Position numbers and translations under genes: made by a program. 64,000 bases of DNA, taken from contig CAVPJD010000011.1 of the NCBI GenBank assembly GCA_963705165.1, forward strand, positions 1 to 64,000. The letters run 5' to 3'. Below the pieces are notes generated by a model that was not told where the DNA came from, did not search any database, and saw nothing but the letters and a program-made list of their open reading frames with translations. The DNA is from an uncultured delta proteobacterium. Lineage in GTDB: Bacteria > Desulfobacterota > Syntrophia > Syntrophales > UBA2192. The first letter of the stretch is position 1; each line of letters starts with the position of its first letter. Below are positions 12,717-23,056 of the stretch, one piece after another.

Positions 12717-13106
12717 TCAACAGCCTCGCCCGTGGTCCGGGTACTTCCGGGGGTCTTTGATCATCTCCTGGTATTTTGAGAGAACGAATCGTTTTGGAAA
12801 TTGTTCCTTCGACACGTAGGGCAGAACGTCCTTCTTGTAGTTCGCCAGGAATTCTTTGAACAAGGCTTCACGCTCCCCGACGGAGATAAAGGTCCTCTCG
12901 TTGCGGTACTCGTAGACAAGCGGCGAACCGAAGACCTTCGCGATTTTCCGGCAGGCTGCCGGATCCTCGAAATACTCCTCCTTCAGCGCCACGGGGATCT
13001 TGACGACGAGAAGGACGGTGGTCGTGTCGGCGGCGATCAGGCGGGAGCCATCCCAGATTTCCGCCACGAGCCCGTTGGGGAGCCTGATCTGCTCGAGCAG
13101 GGTCAT
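12717..13106 (-). CDS. Hypothetical protein
   Basis: 129-aa ORF with AGGAGAGG RBS and normal amino-acid composition. Confidence 0.7.
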   Translation of the reverse strand: MTLLEQIRLPNGLVAEIWDGSRLIAADTTTVLLVVKIPVALKEEYFEDPAACRKIAKVFGSPLVYEYRNERTFISVGEREALFKEFLANYKKDVLPYVSKEQFPKRFVLSKYQEMIKDPRKYPDHGRGC

Positions 13107-13286
13107 GAGTGCCTCTCCTTCACCTTTGTTCTTGACCTCGGGGGCATTTGCGCCTATATACCCGCCTGTAATGGCAGGGGAATTTTGCTGCCCGTCCCTT
13201 CAATGTAACATCCCGTCGCCAAAAGGCAAGCCAAAGAAGTTAGTTTATGCGCGATCGGGAAATTTTACAAGTTGTCTGTGAATAAA

Positions 13287-14141
13287 ATGAAACCCAACGC
13301 TATTTTACTGCTCACCTGCCCCGACCAGAAGGGGATCGTCGCCTCGGTGTCGAACTTCATCTTCCATCACAGCGGCAACATCGTCCATGCGGCGCAGCAC
13401 ACGACGGAGCGCTCCAAGATCTTCTTCATGCGGATCGAGTGGGAGCTCGACGGCTTCGACATCCCCCGGGGGAAGATCCTCGAGGCCTTCGATGCGCTGG
13501 CGAAGAAATTCAGCATGAAGTGCTCGCTCCACTTCACCGACGTGCAGCCCCGGATTGCCCTCTTCGTCTCGAAGCACATCCACTGCTTCCACGACATCAT
13601 CCTGCGGCACAGGATGGGCGAGTTCAAGTGCCAGATCCCGCTTGTCATCAGCAATCACCTCGATCTCAAGCCCGTGGCCGAGCAGTTCGGCCTCAGCTAC
13701 CTTCACGTTCCCATCACACCCGATGACAAGGTGCAGCAGGAGGAGCGGGAGCTCGCCGAGCTCAAGCGCCACAAGATCGATTGCATCGTCCTTGCCCGTT
13801 ACATGCAGGTCCTCACGGATCGCTTCGTCAGCCGCTGGCCGAACCGGATCATCAACATCCACCACTCCTTTCTGCCGGCCTTCGCAGGGCGAAGCCCTTA
13901 CCAGCAGGCCTACGACCGCGGCGTCAAGATCATCGGCGCCACGAGCCACTACGTGACGGAAACCCTCGACGACGGCCCCATCATCGCCCAGGACGTCATC
14001 AAGATCAGCCACCGCGACTCCGTAAGCGACATGGAGATGAAGGGGAAGGACCTCGAGCGCATGGTGCTCGCCCGGGCGGTGAGACTCCACCTGGAGAACC
14101 GAATCCTCGTTCATGGCTCGAAAACCATTGTCTTTGAATGA
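13287..14141 (+). CDS. purU: Formyltetrahydrofolate deformylase
   Basis: N-terminal ACT (CPDQKGIVA), VLARYMQ, INIHHSFLP, GVKIIGATSHYV. Confidence 0.96.
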   Translation: MKPNAILLLTCPDQKGIVASVSNFIFHHSGNIVHAAQHTTERSKIFFMRIEWELDGFDIPRGKILEAFDALAKKFSMKCSLHFTDVQPRIALFVSKHIHCFHDIILRHRMGEFKCQIPLVISNHLDLKPVAEQFGLSYLHVPITPDDKVQQEERELAELKRHKIDCIVLARYMQVLTDRFVSRWPNRIINIHHSFLPAFAGRSPYQQAYDRGVKIIGATSHYVTETLDDGPIIAQDVIKISHRDSVSDMEMKGKDLERMVLARAVRLHLENRILVHGSKTIVFE

Positions 14142-14967
14142 CGGGCCCAAAAGCCCCTTTGTCCACCTCTGCCAGCCGGATGCGTCGAAGTCCTGCGGTG
14201 CCTGCTGCGGCCTCTACAACTACGCCGACTCAGGCCGCGAGGCCCTGGCGGAGAGGCTGCGCGTCCGCACCCGCCTTTTCCGCAAGACCGTCCGCAGCCC
14301 CGCAGACCTCCCGCGATTCTCCGAGGCGGTGAAGGCGAGGGAGGACGGGCGAAAGCGCTACGAGGTCATCCACTGCTGCGAGTACGTGGGATTCCTCGAC
14401 GAGGGGGAGCGGCGCGTCGGCTGTCTTCTTCACCCCGTGCAGAACGCGGGGCGGGACATGAGGGATGTCTCCTTCTACGGGCGCGAGCTCTGCGACGGTC
14501 ACTACTGCCCGAGTTACAGTTACATCTCGCGGGCCGAGAAGCTCGCCGTCCTCGAGATCCTCGACGACTGGTACCTCTACGGCGCCTGCATCACCGACAT
14601 CGACCTCGTGAAGGAGTTCTTCCGCCTCGTGAGCGAGGGCGCAGGCGAGATGCCCGCGCCGGCGCGCTTCAGCGACCCTGCGCTCCGGGAGGCGGCGCGG
14701 CGCTTCTTCGATCTCAAGCTTGCCTGGCCCTTCCGCTCCGAGGCCGCGAACCGCTTCGGCAAGTACAGCTTCGACGGGACGGACTATTTCATCGACTCAA
14801 TCGACTACGGGGCGCTGGGATGCGAAAAATCCCGCTTCGACCGGATCTTCCTCAGCCTCCAGTCGGCCTTCAAAAACCGGTGCGACGTGCAGAAGGCGGA
14901 GGAGATGATCCGGCAACACCTCGAGGACGTCGTCGGCCGATACAAAGAACTAGTTGATTATCATTGA
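14113..14967 (+). CDS. Cysteine-rich conserved hypothetical protein
   Basis: SCGACCGLYN, CCEYVGFL, GCLLHP, LCDGHYCP; overlaps purU. Start could be the TTG at 14134. Confidence 0.75.
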   Translation: MARKPLSLNDGPKSPFVHLCQPDASKSCGACCGLYNYADSGREALAERLRVRTRLFRKTVRSPADLPRFSEAVKAREDGRKRYEVIHCCEYVGFLDEGERRVGCLLHPVQNAGRDMRDVSFYGRELCDGHYCPSYSYISRAEKLAVLEILDDWYLYGACITDIDLVKEFFRLVSEGAGEMPAPARFSDPALREAARRFFDLKLAWPFRSEAANRFGKYSFDGTDYFIDSIDYGALGCEKSRFDRIFLSLQSAFKNRCDVQKAEEMIRQHLEDVVGRYKELVDYH

Positions 14968-15016
14968 CAATTCCTTCTCCGTTGGCTAGTGTCAAAAATT
15001 GTTAGAGGAGGGGGCC

Positions 15017-15541
15017 ATGGAGAAGCTCAAGATGAAGGTTCTCTTCTCCAGAGAAGAGATCGACAGGGTGGTCCGGGGGCTCGCGGAGCAGATCTCCCGG
15101 GACTTCCAGGGAAAGGACCTCGTCGTTGTCTGCGTTCTCAAGGGCGCCTTCATGTTCATGGCCGATCTCGTGCGGCATCTGAAGGGGCCCTGTGTCATCG
15201 ATTTCATCCGGCTCGCAAGCTACGGGTCCGGTACGGCCACGTCGGGGAAGGTCATCGTCACGAAAGAACTCGAGACCTCGATTGCCGGCAAAGATGTACT
15301 CATCGTGGAGGACATCGTCGACACGGGTATCACGCTGGACTTCCTGGTCAGGAAATTAAAGGAGCAAAAACCCGGCTCCCTCAGGGTCTGCACACTGGTG
15401 GACAAAAAACATCGGCGTAAAATCGAATTCAATGCGGATTACGTGGGGTTCGACCTGGACAAGGGGTTTATCCTCGGCTACGGGATCGACTTTGACGAAA
15501 AAGCCAGGTATTTGCCCGACATTTATGTAATGGAAGAATAA
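15017..15541 (+). CDS. hpt: Hypoxanthine phosphoribosyltransferase
   Basis: VLKGAFMFMADL, LIVEDIVDTGITL PRPP motif, GYGID. Confidence 0.95.
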   Translation: MEKLKMKVLFSREEIDRVVRGLAEQISRDFQGKDLVVVCVLKGAFMFMADLVRHLKGPCVIDFIRLASYGSGTATSGKVIVTKELETSIAGKDVLIVEDIVDTGITLDFLVRKLKEQKPGSLRVCTLVDKKHRRKIEFNADYVGFDLDKGFILGYGIDFDEKARYLPDIYVMEE

Positions 15542-15604
15542 GCGGCTTCGCCGCAGGCTCGGGGTTCAAGGATAAAGGTCAAAGGCAGAAGGAAAGAAGG
15601 ACCG

Positions 15605-16513
15605 ATGATCATCCATTGCAAGCAGTGCGCAACGAAGTTCCGGTTCAAAGACGAACTCATGGCGGGTGACGGGATCTGGGTCCGATGCAGCCGTTGCGGC
15701 CACGAGTTCTTCGAGATCAACACCAGACCGGAGGCCTTCACAGTGCCGGTCAAAGAGCAAGCGGCCAAGGCAACGCAGGAGCCTGCGGCTGCACCGAAGC
15801 CTCTGACGCCGGCGGATGTCATCTCGCCGCCCGATCCGCCGCCGCCGAAACCGGAGGAGGGGATCACGCCACAGGCCGCGGTCATGCCCCCTGCCGAGGA
15901 AGAGGAAGCGGAAGACGAGGAGGAAGTGGAGCGGCCGCGAGCCACTTTCTGGACGCCCGGACGTCTGGTCGCCTATTCGATCCTGGTCTTCCTCGTCGTC
16001 GGCAGCGTTTATTTCTGGCTGAATCCCGGCATCACGAGGGACGTCCTCAATTTCGTTTCCCCCGGCACGGGAGACCGGGTGCTGGGACCCGTGCCAAAAG
16101 CGAGCCCCGTGACAGCCATGGGCGGGATCAACTTTGCCGAGGTCAAGGAGCGCTTCACGAAGAGCACGGCCTCGGGCGATCTTCTCGTCATCTCGGGCCT
16201 GGCCGTCAACGAATACGAATATCCCGTGGGCAGGGTCAAGCTCCGCGGCAAGATCCTCGACAATACGGGGAAGCTCCTCGGCGAGGTCGAGACGTTCGCG
16301 GGAAACCTCCTGACCGATGAGGAGATGAATCGACTTTCGGACAAGGAAATCCTGGCCGAGCTGCAGAGGCCCGAAGGAAGCGACATGCCGAACACGGGCA
16401 TCCGCTCGCGGGCGAGCATCCCCTTCATGATCGTCTTCATGAACCCTCCCAAGGAAGTCGATGAATTCATCATCGAACTCATCGGGGTGGAACGGGCGCC
16501 AGCGGCCAACTGA
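15605..16513 (+). CDS. MJ0042-type zinc-ribbon, linker, TM and DUF3426-like domain protein
   Basis: MIIHCKQCATKF...VRCSRCGHEF, Pro/Glu-rich linker, one TM helix, IPFMIVF end. Confidence 0.85.
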   Translation: MIIHCKQCATKFRFKDELMAGDGIWVRCSRCGHEFFEINTRPEAFTVPVKEQAAKATQEPAAAPKPLTPADVISPPDPPPPKPEEGITPQAAVMPPAEEEEAEDEEEVERPRATFWTPGRLVAYSILVFLVVGSVYFWLNPGITRDVLNFVSPGTGDRVLGPVPKASPVTAMGGINFAEVKERFTKSTASGDLLVISGLAVNEYEYPVGRVKLRGKILDNTGKLLGEVETFAGNLLTDEEMNRLSDKEILAELQRPEGSDMPNTGIRSRASIPFMIVFMNPPKEVDEFIIELIGVERAPAAN

Positions 16514-16590
16514 CGAGGCAAGGATTAAAGAACAGGTTCAAGGGTCCAAAGGTTCACGGTTTCAAGAGCCATTTCTGCACCCTACACCCT

Positions 16591-17238
16591 ATGCCCCACA
16601 CCCTGGTTTCTATGGACCGGCTGATCACCTTCGAACGGATCACGATCGAGCCGCCGCTGGAGGCGATCTACCGGAGGCTGGGTTACCGCAAGGGGCTCAC
16701 ACAGATCAAGCCCGACGAGGCCGGGGCGCTCGGCGAGAGCATCGAGAAGGCCCGCTCGCTCATCACCCTGAAGGGGACCGCCAGGCGTCTCCCCATCCTT
16801 TCGAAGGACTCCCGCCTGATCCGACTGCCCGGCAGTCATTGCCTGGAAAGCACCCATCTGGCGAAACTGCTTGCCAACTCGCAGGAAGTCCTCCTGATGG
16901 GGGCAACGGCGGGTGCGGCCGTCATCGAGGCAATCCGCCGCTACACGGCCTCAGACAACCTGACGCAGGCCGTCGTCCTCGATGCTGCGGCAAGCGAGAT
17001 GGTCGATGCCGCCCTCGACTGGATGGAAGCCTTCTTCGCGCGGGGTCTGCGCAGGGAGAGCCGCCGGCTCACGAAAAGCCGCTTCTCCTGCGGCTACGGC
17101 GATCTTGATCTGGAAAACCAGAAACTCTTCTACGACCTGCTGGACCTCGGGCGGTTCGGCGTCGAGTTGACGGAGCGATACATCCTCGCACCCGAGAAAT
17201 CCGTCACGGCCGTGGCGGGGATCGAAACGACAGGCTGA
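16591..17238 (+). CDS. Stand-alone methionine synthase activation-domain protein
   Basis: LMGATAG, LDAAASE, RFSCGYGD, PEKSVTA; adjacent to metH. Start uncertain. Confidence 0.85.
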   Translation: MPHTLVSMDRLITFERITIEPPLEAIYRRLGYRKGLTQIKPDEAGALGESIEKARSLITLKGTARRLPILSKDSRLIRLPGSHCLESTHLAKLLANSQEVLLMGATAGAAVIEAIRRYTASDNLTQAVVLDAAASEMVDAALDWMEAFFARGLRRESRRLTKSRFSCGYGDLDLENQKLFYDLLDLGRFGVELTERYILAPEKSVTAVAGIETTG

Positions 17239-17248
17239 GGGAAAACCG

Positions 17249-19657
17249 ATGGCAAAGGGACAGCGAAAATTCCTGGACATCATGAAGAAAAGGCTGCTCA
17301 TCCTCGACGGGGCCACGGGCACGGAGCTCCAGAAACGGGGGATGCCCGCCGGGGTCTGCCCGGAGCTGTGGTGCATCGAGAACCCGCTGGTGATTGGAAG
17401 CGTTCACGGCGATTACGCCCGCGCGGGCTCTGACGTCGTCTACACCTGCTCCTTCGGGGCCAACCGATTCAAGCTGGGCGAGTACGGCGAGCGCGACGCC
17501 CGATCCGTGAATCGCAGGCTTGCGCTCATCGCGAAAGAGGCCCTGCGGGGCAAGGCCCTGATTGCCGGCGACATCGGCCCCACGGGGCATTTCATCCAGC
17601 CCTTCGGGGAAGTGGATTTCGAGGAGGCCGTGGCGGCCTTCAAGGAACAGGTTCTGGGGCTTCTCGAGGGCGGCGTGGACTGCTTCGTCATCGAAACGAT
17701 GATGGACATCCAGGAGGCCCGGGCGGCGCTGATTGCCGTGAAGGAAAGCTGCGATCTGTTCACGATGGTCACCATGACCTTCGAGCGCGACGGCCGGACG
17801 CTCAACGGCACCGACCCGCTGACGGCCCTCACGACTCTGCAGGCCCTGGGCGCCGACGCCGTGGGCTGCAACTGCTCCACGGGGCCCGATGACATGGTGC
17901 GCTTTATCGGGGCCATGAAGCCCTACGCGAAGATCCCCCTGATCGCCAAGCCCAACGCCGGGCTTCCGAAAACAGCGGGCGGCACGACCGTCTACGACAT
18001 GGACGCCGCCGAATTCGCTTCCCGGGCGGTTGCCCTCATTGCTGCGGGCGCCGGAATCCTGGGCGGCTGCTGCGGCACAACCCCGCAACACCTCGCCGCC
18101 CTGAGGAAGGCCGTGTCCCGGAAGAAGCCCACTCCGCCCCTGCGCAAGTCCCTGGCGGCACTGAGCTCGGCCCGCAGGACCCTTCTCCTCGAGCCGGGCC
18201 GGCCGCTTGCCGTCATCGGCGAGGGCATCAACCCCACGGGCAGAAAGGCCCTCCAGGAGGAGCTCCGGGAGGGAAAGACGGCCCTGGCGCGCCAGATGGC
18301 CCGCGACCAGGAGGCGGCGGGAGCAGCCCTGCTCGACGTCAACGTGGGGGTCCCCGGCATCGACCAGGAGAAGGCCATGCAGGAGGTTGTGCTGGCACTT
18401 TCCGCCGCCACGGAGCTTCCCCTCGTCATCGACTCGGCCAAGGCGGAACCCATCGAACGGGCCCTGCGGGTCTACCCGGGCCGGGCGCTCATCAACTCCA
18501 TCTCGGGGGAAAAGGAGAAGCTCAAAAAACTCCTGCCCGTTGCGGCAAAGTACGGCGCCATGTTCATCCTGCTTCCGCTTACGGACAAGGGCATCCCCGA
18601 GACGGCGGAAAAGCGCGCCGTCGTCGTCCGGGCGGTCGAACGCGAGGCCCGCAAGCACGGCTTCACCCGCGATGACTTCCTCGTCGACGGGATCGTCATG
18701 ACGGCTGCCTCAAACCCGAAGGCCCCTCTGGAGACCATCCGGACGGTTCGCTGGACAACGGAAACCTTCGGGGCCCGCACGGTGGTGGGGCTCTCCAACG
18801 TCTCCTTCGGCATGCCGGAGCGTAAGTGGATCAACACGTCCTTTCTCGCCATGGCAGCCGCATCGGGGCTCACGGCAGCCATCGCCAACCCGGCAAGCGA
18901 AGAGCTCATGTTCGTCAAGAAGGCCGCCGACGTGCTGGGCGGAAGGGACCGCGACGCGGCGGCCTGGATCGCCCACTGCGCGAAGGCAGCCGGCGGGAAG
19001 AAGGGAGCGCCCATCGAGCCCCTCCCGCCGGAGAGGAAAGTTCGTGAGGCCATTCTCGACGGAAACCGGGAGGCCGTGGCAGGGCTTGTCGGGGAAACCC
19101 TGAAAGCAGGATTCGACGCGGCGAAACTGGCCCAGGAGATCATGATCCCGGCCATCGTCGAGGTGGGCGAGCGATTCGGCCGCAAGGAGTATTTCCTGCC
19201 GCAGCTCATCGCAAGCGGCGAGACGATGAAGATCGGCATGGAGGCTCTCGATCCGTTCCTGAAGGAGGGATCGAAGGCGGGAGCGCGGGACACGATCCTC
19301 ATCGCCACGGTGAAGGGCGATATCCACGACATCGGGAAGAACATCGTCGCCCTCATGCTTCGCAACCACGGCTACCAGGTCGTCGACCTGGGAAAGGATG
19401 TTGGCGCCGAGCGGATCGTGCGGGAAATCGAGCGACATCGGCCCCGGGCCGTGGGGCTCTCGGCCCTCATGACGACCACCATGACCCAGATGAAGGAGGT
19501 GATCGGGCTTGCCCGCAAGCAGGGGGAGCAGTGTCCCTTCGTCGTCGGGGGCGCCGTAGTGACTAAGGCCTACGCCGAGTCGATCGGCGCAGAGTACGCC
19601 CGCGACGGTGTCGAGGCCGTCCAGGTCATTCAGCGGTTGATCGGATCAAAGGGATAG
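17249..19657 (+). CDS. metH: B12-dependent methionine synthase (Hcy, pterin and cobalamin domains)
   Basis: LDGATGTEL, GCNCSTGP, GGCCGTTP, GLSNVSFG, GDIHDIGKN. Confidence 0.93.
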   Translation: MAKGQRKFLDIMKKRLLILDGATGTELQKRGMPAGVCPELWCIENPLVIGSVHGDYARAGSDVVYTCSFGANRFKLGEYGERDARSVNRRLALIAKEALRGKALIAGDIGPTGHFIQPFGEVDFEEAVAAFKEQVLGLLEGGVDCFVIETMMDIQEARAALIAVKESCDLFTMVTMTFERDGRTLNGTDPLTALTTLQALGADAVGCNCSTGPDDMVRFIGAMKPYAKIPLIAKPNAGLPKTAGGTTVYDMDAAEFASRAVALIAAGAGILGGCCGTTPQHLAALRKAVSRKKPTPPLRKSLAALSSARRTLLLEPGRPLAVIGEGINPTGRKALQEELREGKTALARQMARDQEAAGAALLDVNVGVPGIDQEKAMQEVVLALSAATELPLVIDSAKAEPIERALRVYPGRALINSISGEKEKLKKLLPVAAKYGAMFILLPLTDKGIPETAEKRAVVVRAVEREARKHGFTRDDFLVDGIVMTAASNPKAPLETIRTVRWTTETFGARTVVGLSNVSFGMPERKWINTSFLAMAAASGLTAAIANPASEELMFVKKAADVLGGRDRDAAAWIAHCAKAAGGKKGAPIEPLPPERKVREAILDGNREAVAGLVGETLKAGFDAAKLAQEIMIPAIVEVGERFGRKEYFLPQLIASGETMKIGMEALDPFLKEGSKAGARDTILIATVKGDIHDIGKNIVALMLRNHGYQVVDLGKDVGAERIVREIERHRPRAVGLSALMTTTMTQMKEVIGLARKQGEQCPFVVGGAVVTKAYAESIGAEYARDGVEAVQVIQRLIGSKG

Positions 19658-19826
19658 GGGACAGGGTTCAGGGTACAGGGTCCAGAGGAAGAATCGGACA
19701 GAAGAAGGGAAACAAAGCGGGGCCTGTAGCCTGTAGCCTTTTGCCTGGAGTTGGTGTATACTCCGCCGACCGTGCCGGAAGCCCATCAAAGAGTCGGCAC
19801 GGCAGGCGGAACAAAAGGAGTTTTCG

Positions 19827-20405
19827 ATGGACCATGCCCAGATGAAGGAGAGACTCGCCAGGGTCATCCTGGAGAAGTCTTTCAAATTCAGCGACAATCC
19901 TCCCTTCACGCTGGCCTCGGGGAGGAAGAGCAACTTCTACTTCAATTGCAAGCCCACGACCCTGGATCCGGAGGGGATGAACCTCATCGGCCACCTCCTC
20001 TTCAACATGATCCAGGATCTCGATGTCACGGCGGCAGGCGGGCTCACCCTGGGGGCCGACCCGATGGCGAACGCCCTTTCCGTGATCTCCTTTCAGCGCG
20101 GCAAGCCCGTCAAGTCCTTCATCGTGCGCAAGGAAAGCAAGGAGCACGGCACAAAGAGCCGCATCGAAGGGGCCGTCAAGGCAGGCGAAGGCGTCGTCAT
20201 CCTCGACGACGTCATCACCACCGGCGGCTCCACGCTGGCAGCCATCGAGGCGGCCCGCGAGGCGGGGCTCGACGTGAAGCGCATCATCGCCCTCATCGAC
20301 CGCGAGGAGGGCGGAAGGGAAAACATCGAAAAAGAGGTCAGCGATGTCAGGGCCGTATTGACGCGTACGGAAGTCATGGCCTACTACAGCGGCAAGACCG
20401 GGTGA
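19827..20405 (+). CDS. pyrE: Orotate phosphoribosyltransferase
   Basis: FTLASGRKS, RKESKEHG, LDDVITTGGS. Confidence 0.95.
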   Translation: MDHAQMKERLARVILEKSFKFSDNPPFTLASGRKSNFYFNCKPTTLDPEGMNLIGHLLFNMIQDLDVTAAGGLTLGADPMANALSVISFQRGKPVKSFIVRKESKEHGTKSRIEGAVKAGEGVVILDDVITTGGSTLAAIEAAREAGLDVKRIIALIDREEGGRENIEKEVSDVRAVLTRTEVMAYYSGKTG

Positions 20406-20409
20406 CCTC

Positions 20410-21192
20410 TTGAAACCATCCAGGCTGTTTTTCCTGCTGGCCCTCGCGGCCATGCTGACATTATCCATATGCGAAACGATGGCCTCCCCTGCCATCGAGC
20501 GTATACCCATCACGAACTTTTCCTCGGAGGAGATGAAAGACGGCATCCCCCCGGGATGGAATCTCGAGTTGCGGCACGGCAAGCCGGACATCCAGATCGA
20601 GAGGCCGGATCTTTCAGGACTGCCGCCTCTCAAAAGGCGCAGCTCCTTTGGATGGGGCGAGGCGCAGGCATCGGTTCAGCAGGACCCCTACTGCCTTCAC
20701 CTGACAAGCGACGGTGAATCCTCCTTCGGCATCAGCCGCAACATGAAGGTTAATCCCAGAGAATTTCCCTACCTGAACTGGAAGTGGGCAGCAAGCCGTC
20801 TGCCCGATGGAGCCGACGTCCGCAAGCGCTCCACCGATGACCAGGCCGCCCAGGTCTATGTCGTCTTCACGCCCACGGGATTCCCGCACGCCTTGACGGC
20901 GCCGCTTCTGGGATACATCTGGGATACGGAAAGCCCGAAGGGGACGATGGGCAAGAACGCCCACCCCCTGGCGGGGCGGGTCCGTTACATCGTGCTGAGA
21001 AACAAGACCGACAGGCTGGGCCGTTGGATCACGGAAAAGCGCAACATCTACGAGGACTACCGCAAGCTCTTCAGGGACATCAACGGCGGCGAGCCACCCG
21101 AGGTGGTAGGCGTCACGTTCTTCATCAATGCCCACAACACGAAGACCCGGGCCGAGAGCCGTTTCTGCGACGCGTATTTCACGAAGAATTGA
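20410..21192 (+). CDS. Exported DUF3047-like protein
   Basis: Signal peptide; YLNWKW...LP.GAD....DDQAAQVYV.F, YIWD, WITEKRNIYEDY. Confidence 0.75.
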   Translation: MKPSRLFFLLALAAMLTLSICETMASPAIERIPITNFSSEEMKDGIPPGWNLELRHGKPDIQIERPDLSGLPPLKRRSSFGWGEAQASVQQDPYCLHLTSDGESSFGISRNMKVNPREFPYLNWKWAASRLPDGADVRKRSTDDQAAQVYVVFTPTGFPHALTAPLLGYIWDTESPKGTMGKNAHPLAGRVRYIVLRNKTDRLGRWITEKRNIYEDYRKLFRDINGGEPPEVVGVTFFINAHNTKTRAESRFCDAYFTKN

Positions 21193-21337
21193 GGCTCGAG
21201 GTCCGAGGAACGAGGACCGAGGACATCCAAGAAGAATCCTTGAAGTAATGGGTCATTACGAGCCGAGCCTTGCGAGGCGTGGTAATCCACGATAATGCAT
21301 TCCCAGTTTTTCTCCCATCTCGATCCGCAACCCTGCC

Positions 21338-22021
21338 TTACCTTGTCTCCTCTGTTCTCATTTTATTCACCAGAATATGTGCCCGGCGAATCGGTTCCGG
21401 GATGCGGTAGCGGCGGGCGCACTGCAGAACGATCTCCACGGCGCGCTCGAGGCTCACCCGGTGGCCCTGCGAGACAAAGACCGGCTTCACGCGGTCTTTC
21501 GTTCTCACGACGGCCCCGATGAGCTTGCCATCCTGTACAAGCGGCGAGCGCTGCCCCCGCCTGCCTCCCGGCTCTGCAAAGGCGCCGATGAGGCGGGTCT
21601 TGGCGCAGCCGATGGCTGGCACATCGAGAAGAAGCCCCATGTGGGCCGCGAGGCCGAAGCCCCGCGGGTGGGCCACCCCCTGTCCGTCGAAAAGGGCCAC
21701 ATCGGGCCGTTTCCGCAGCTTCCCGAAGGCCTGCAGTAAGGCGGGGCCCTCGCGGAACGAGAGAAGGCCCGGGATGTAAGGGATGGAGGTCCTGCCGCTG
21801 TACGTGGCCTCTTCGATCACTTCCAGGGTGACGGCATCGAGAAGGACGACGGCGGCGAAGACCCGGTCATCGCCCTTTGTGCAGGAGATGTCGGCCCCTG
21901 CGACGATCCGGATGTCCCCGGAGAGCCCGTCTGCCAGGATGAGCTTTTCACGCAACTCGGCCTGCAGGGCCACCGCCGCCTTGTAATCCACATCCCAGGG
22001 GTGAAGATTGTTGAATTTCAC
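21338..22021 (-). CDS. nfi: Endonuclease V
   Basis: AGADIS, PYIPGLLSFRE, DGQGVAHPRGFGLA, PEPIRRAH. Confidence 0.96.
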   Translation of the reverse strand: MKFNNLHPWDVDYKAAVALQAELREKLILADGLSGDIRIVAGADISCTKGDDRVFAAVVLLDAVTLEVIEEATYSGRTSIPYIPGLLSFREGPALLQAFGKLRKRPDVALFDGQGVAHPRGFGLAAHMGLLLDVPAIGCAKTRLIGAFAEPGGRRGQRSPLVQDGKLIGAVVRTKDRVKPVFVSQGHRVSLERAVEIVLQCARRYRIPEPIRRAHILVNKMRTEETR

Positions 22022-22077
22022 TGACGAAAACCAGAGAGATCGGCTTGATTGATCAGCACAGAAAAATGACCTAAATA

Positions 22078-22138
22078 GTTATCCCCGTGCAGGCAGGGAT
22101 CCATATGGATATGGATTTCTGGTCAAGCCAGGAATGAC
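22078..22138. repeat. Degenerate REP-like double palindrome
   Basis: GTTATCCCCGTGCAGGCAGGGATCCA...TGGATTTCTGGTCAAGCCAGGAATGAC; resembles the widespread GTCATTCCC...GGGAATGAC repeat class. Confidence 0.6.
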
Positions 22139-22187
22139 ATCTTTCTTCCCTTATGCCCTAAGCCCCTTGCCTTACGCCTCGCGCTCT

Positions 22188-23027
22188 TCAGAGCGCGAAC
22201 GTCATGTCGCAGCAGGCCCCCAGTATCCCCACCTCCGCATTGCTTTCCCGGACAACCCTGCGGCAGTGCTCCACAATCTTGTCCATGGCCCGGTCGGTTC
22301 GGTCCTGGTTGATGTGGAAAAGGGCCAACTGCCTGACTCCGGCCTCCATGGCCAGGTTCAGGGTATCGAGGTAGGAGGAGTGCCCCCAGCTGCGGTGCCT
22401 GCCGTACTCCTCGCCGGTGAACTCGGCATCGAGGACGAGCAGATCGGCACCGGCACAGAACTGCAGATAGCTCTCGCGGGGCAGCCCGCCGGGATGCGTG
22501 TAGCCCAGTTCGTGGTCCGTGATGAAGACGAAGCTTCGCCCATCCTCGATGAACTTGTAGCCTTTGCCCCCGCCGGGATGGCTGATGTCGATGGGCATGA
22601 CGGTGACCGAGTCGATCTGGAATTTCTCGGGGCAGCCGTCGGAGAATGCGATATGGGCCAACAGATCCCCATAGGTGACGGGAAAATTCGGCGGGGACAT
22701 GATCCTTGTCAGCATGGTGCGGACGAATTCCTCGGTGAAGGGGCAGCCGTGGACGCGAAGGCTCGTCCTGTCCGAGTAGAGCGGCCGGAAGAAAGGGAAG
22801 CCCATGATATGATCCCAGTGGGCATGGGTGAAGATGAGGTCGTAATCGTAGAGGCCCTGGACCAGCAGATCCTTGCCCAGTCTCCGGATTCCAGTCCCTG
22901 CATCGATGATGATGACGCGGCCGTTCTTCGAGCGGATCTCGATACAGGTCGTGTCGCCGCCGTACTTGATGTACTCCTGGCCGCTGACGGGGACGGAACC
23001 CCTGGCGCCCCAGATTTTGACGAACAT
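22188..23027 (-). CDS. MBL-fold metallo-hydrolase
   Basis: WGARGSVP, GGDTTC, DAGTG, THAHWDHIMG, WGHS. Confidence 0.92.
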   Translation of the reverse strand: MFVKIWGARGSVPVSGQEYIKYGGDTTCIEIRSKNGRVIIIDAGTGIRRLGKDLLVQGLYDYDLIFTHAHWDHIMGFPFFRPLYSDRTSLRVHGCPFTEEFVRTMLTRIMSPPNFPVTYGDLLAHIAFSDGCPEKFQIDSVTVMPIDISHPGGGKGYKFIEDGRSFVFITDHELGYTHPGGLPRESYLQFCAGADLLVLDAEFTGEEYGRHRSWGHSSYLDTLNLAMEAGVRQLALFHINQDRTDRAMDKIVEHCRRVVRESNAEVGILGACCDMTFAL

Positions 23028-23056
23028 GGTCTGCCCTCCAGCCGGCAACGCAATCG

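Noticed and set aside
13107..13286. Riboswitch upstream of purU (also looked upstream of metH, ribF, metG, pilY1)
   Set aside because: No recognisable ZTP, cobalamin, SAM, FMN, T-box or c-di-GMP consensus by eye; an Rfam scan would be decisive.
16591..19657. Split methionine synthase as a novelty
   Set aside because: A separate activation domain plus three-domain MetH is a known arrangement in anaerobes.
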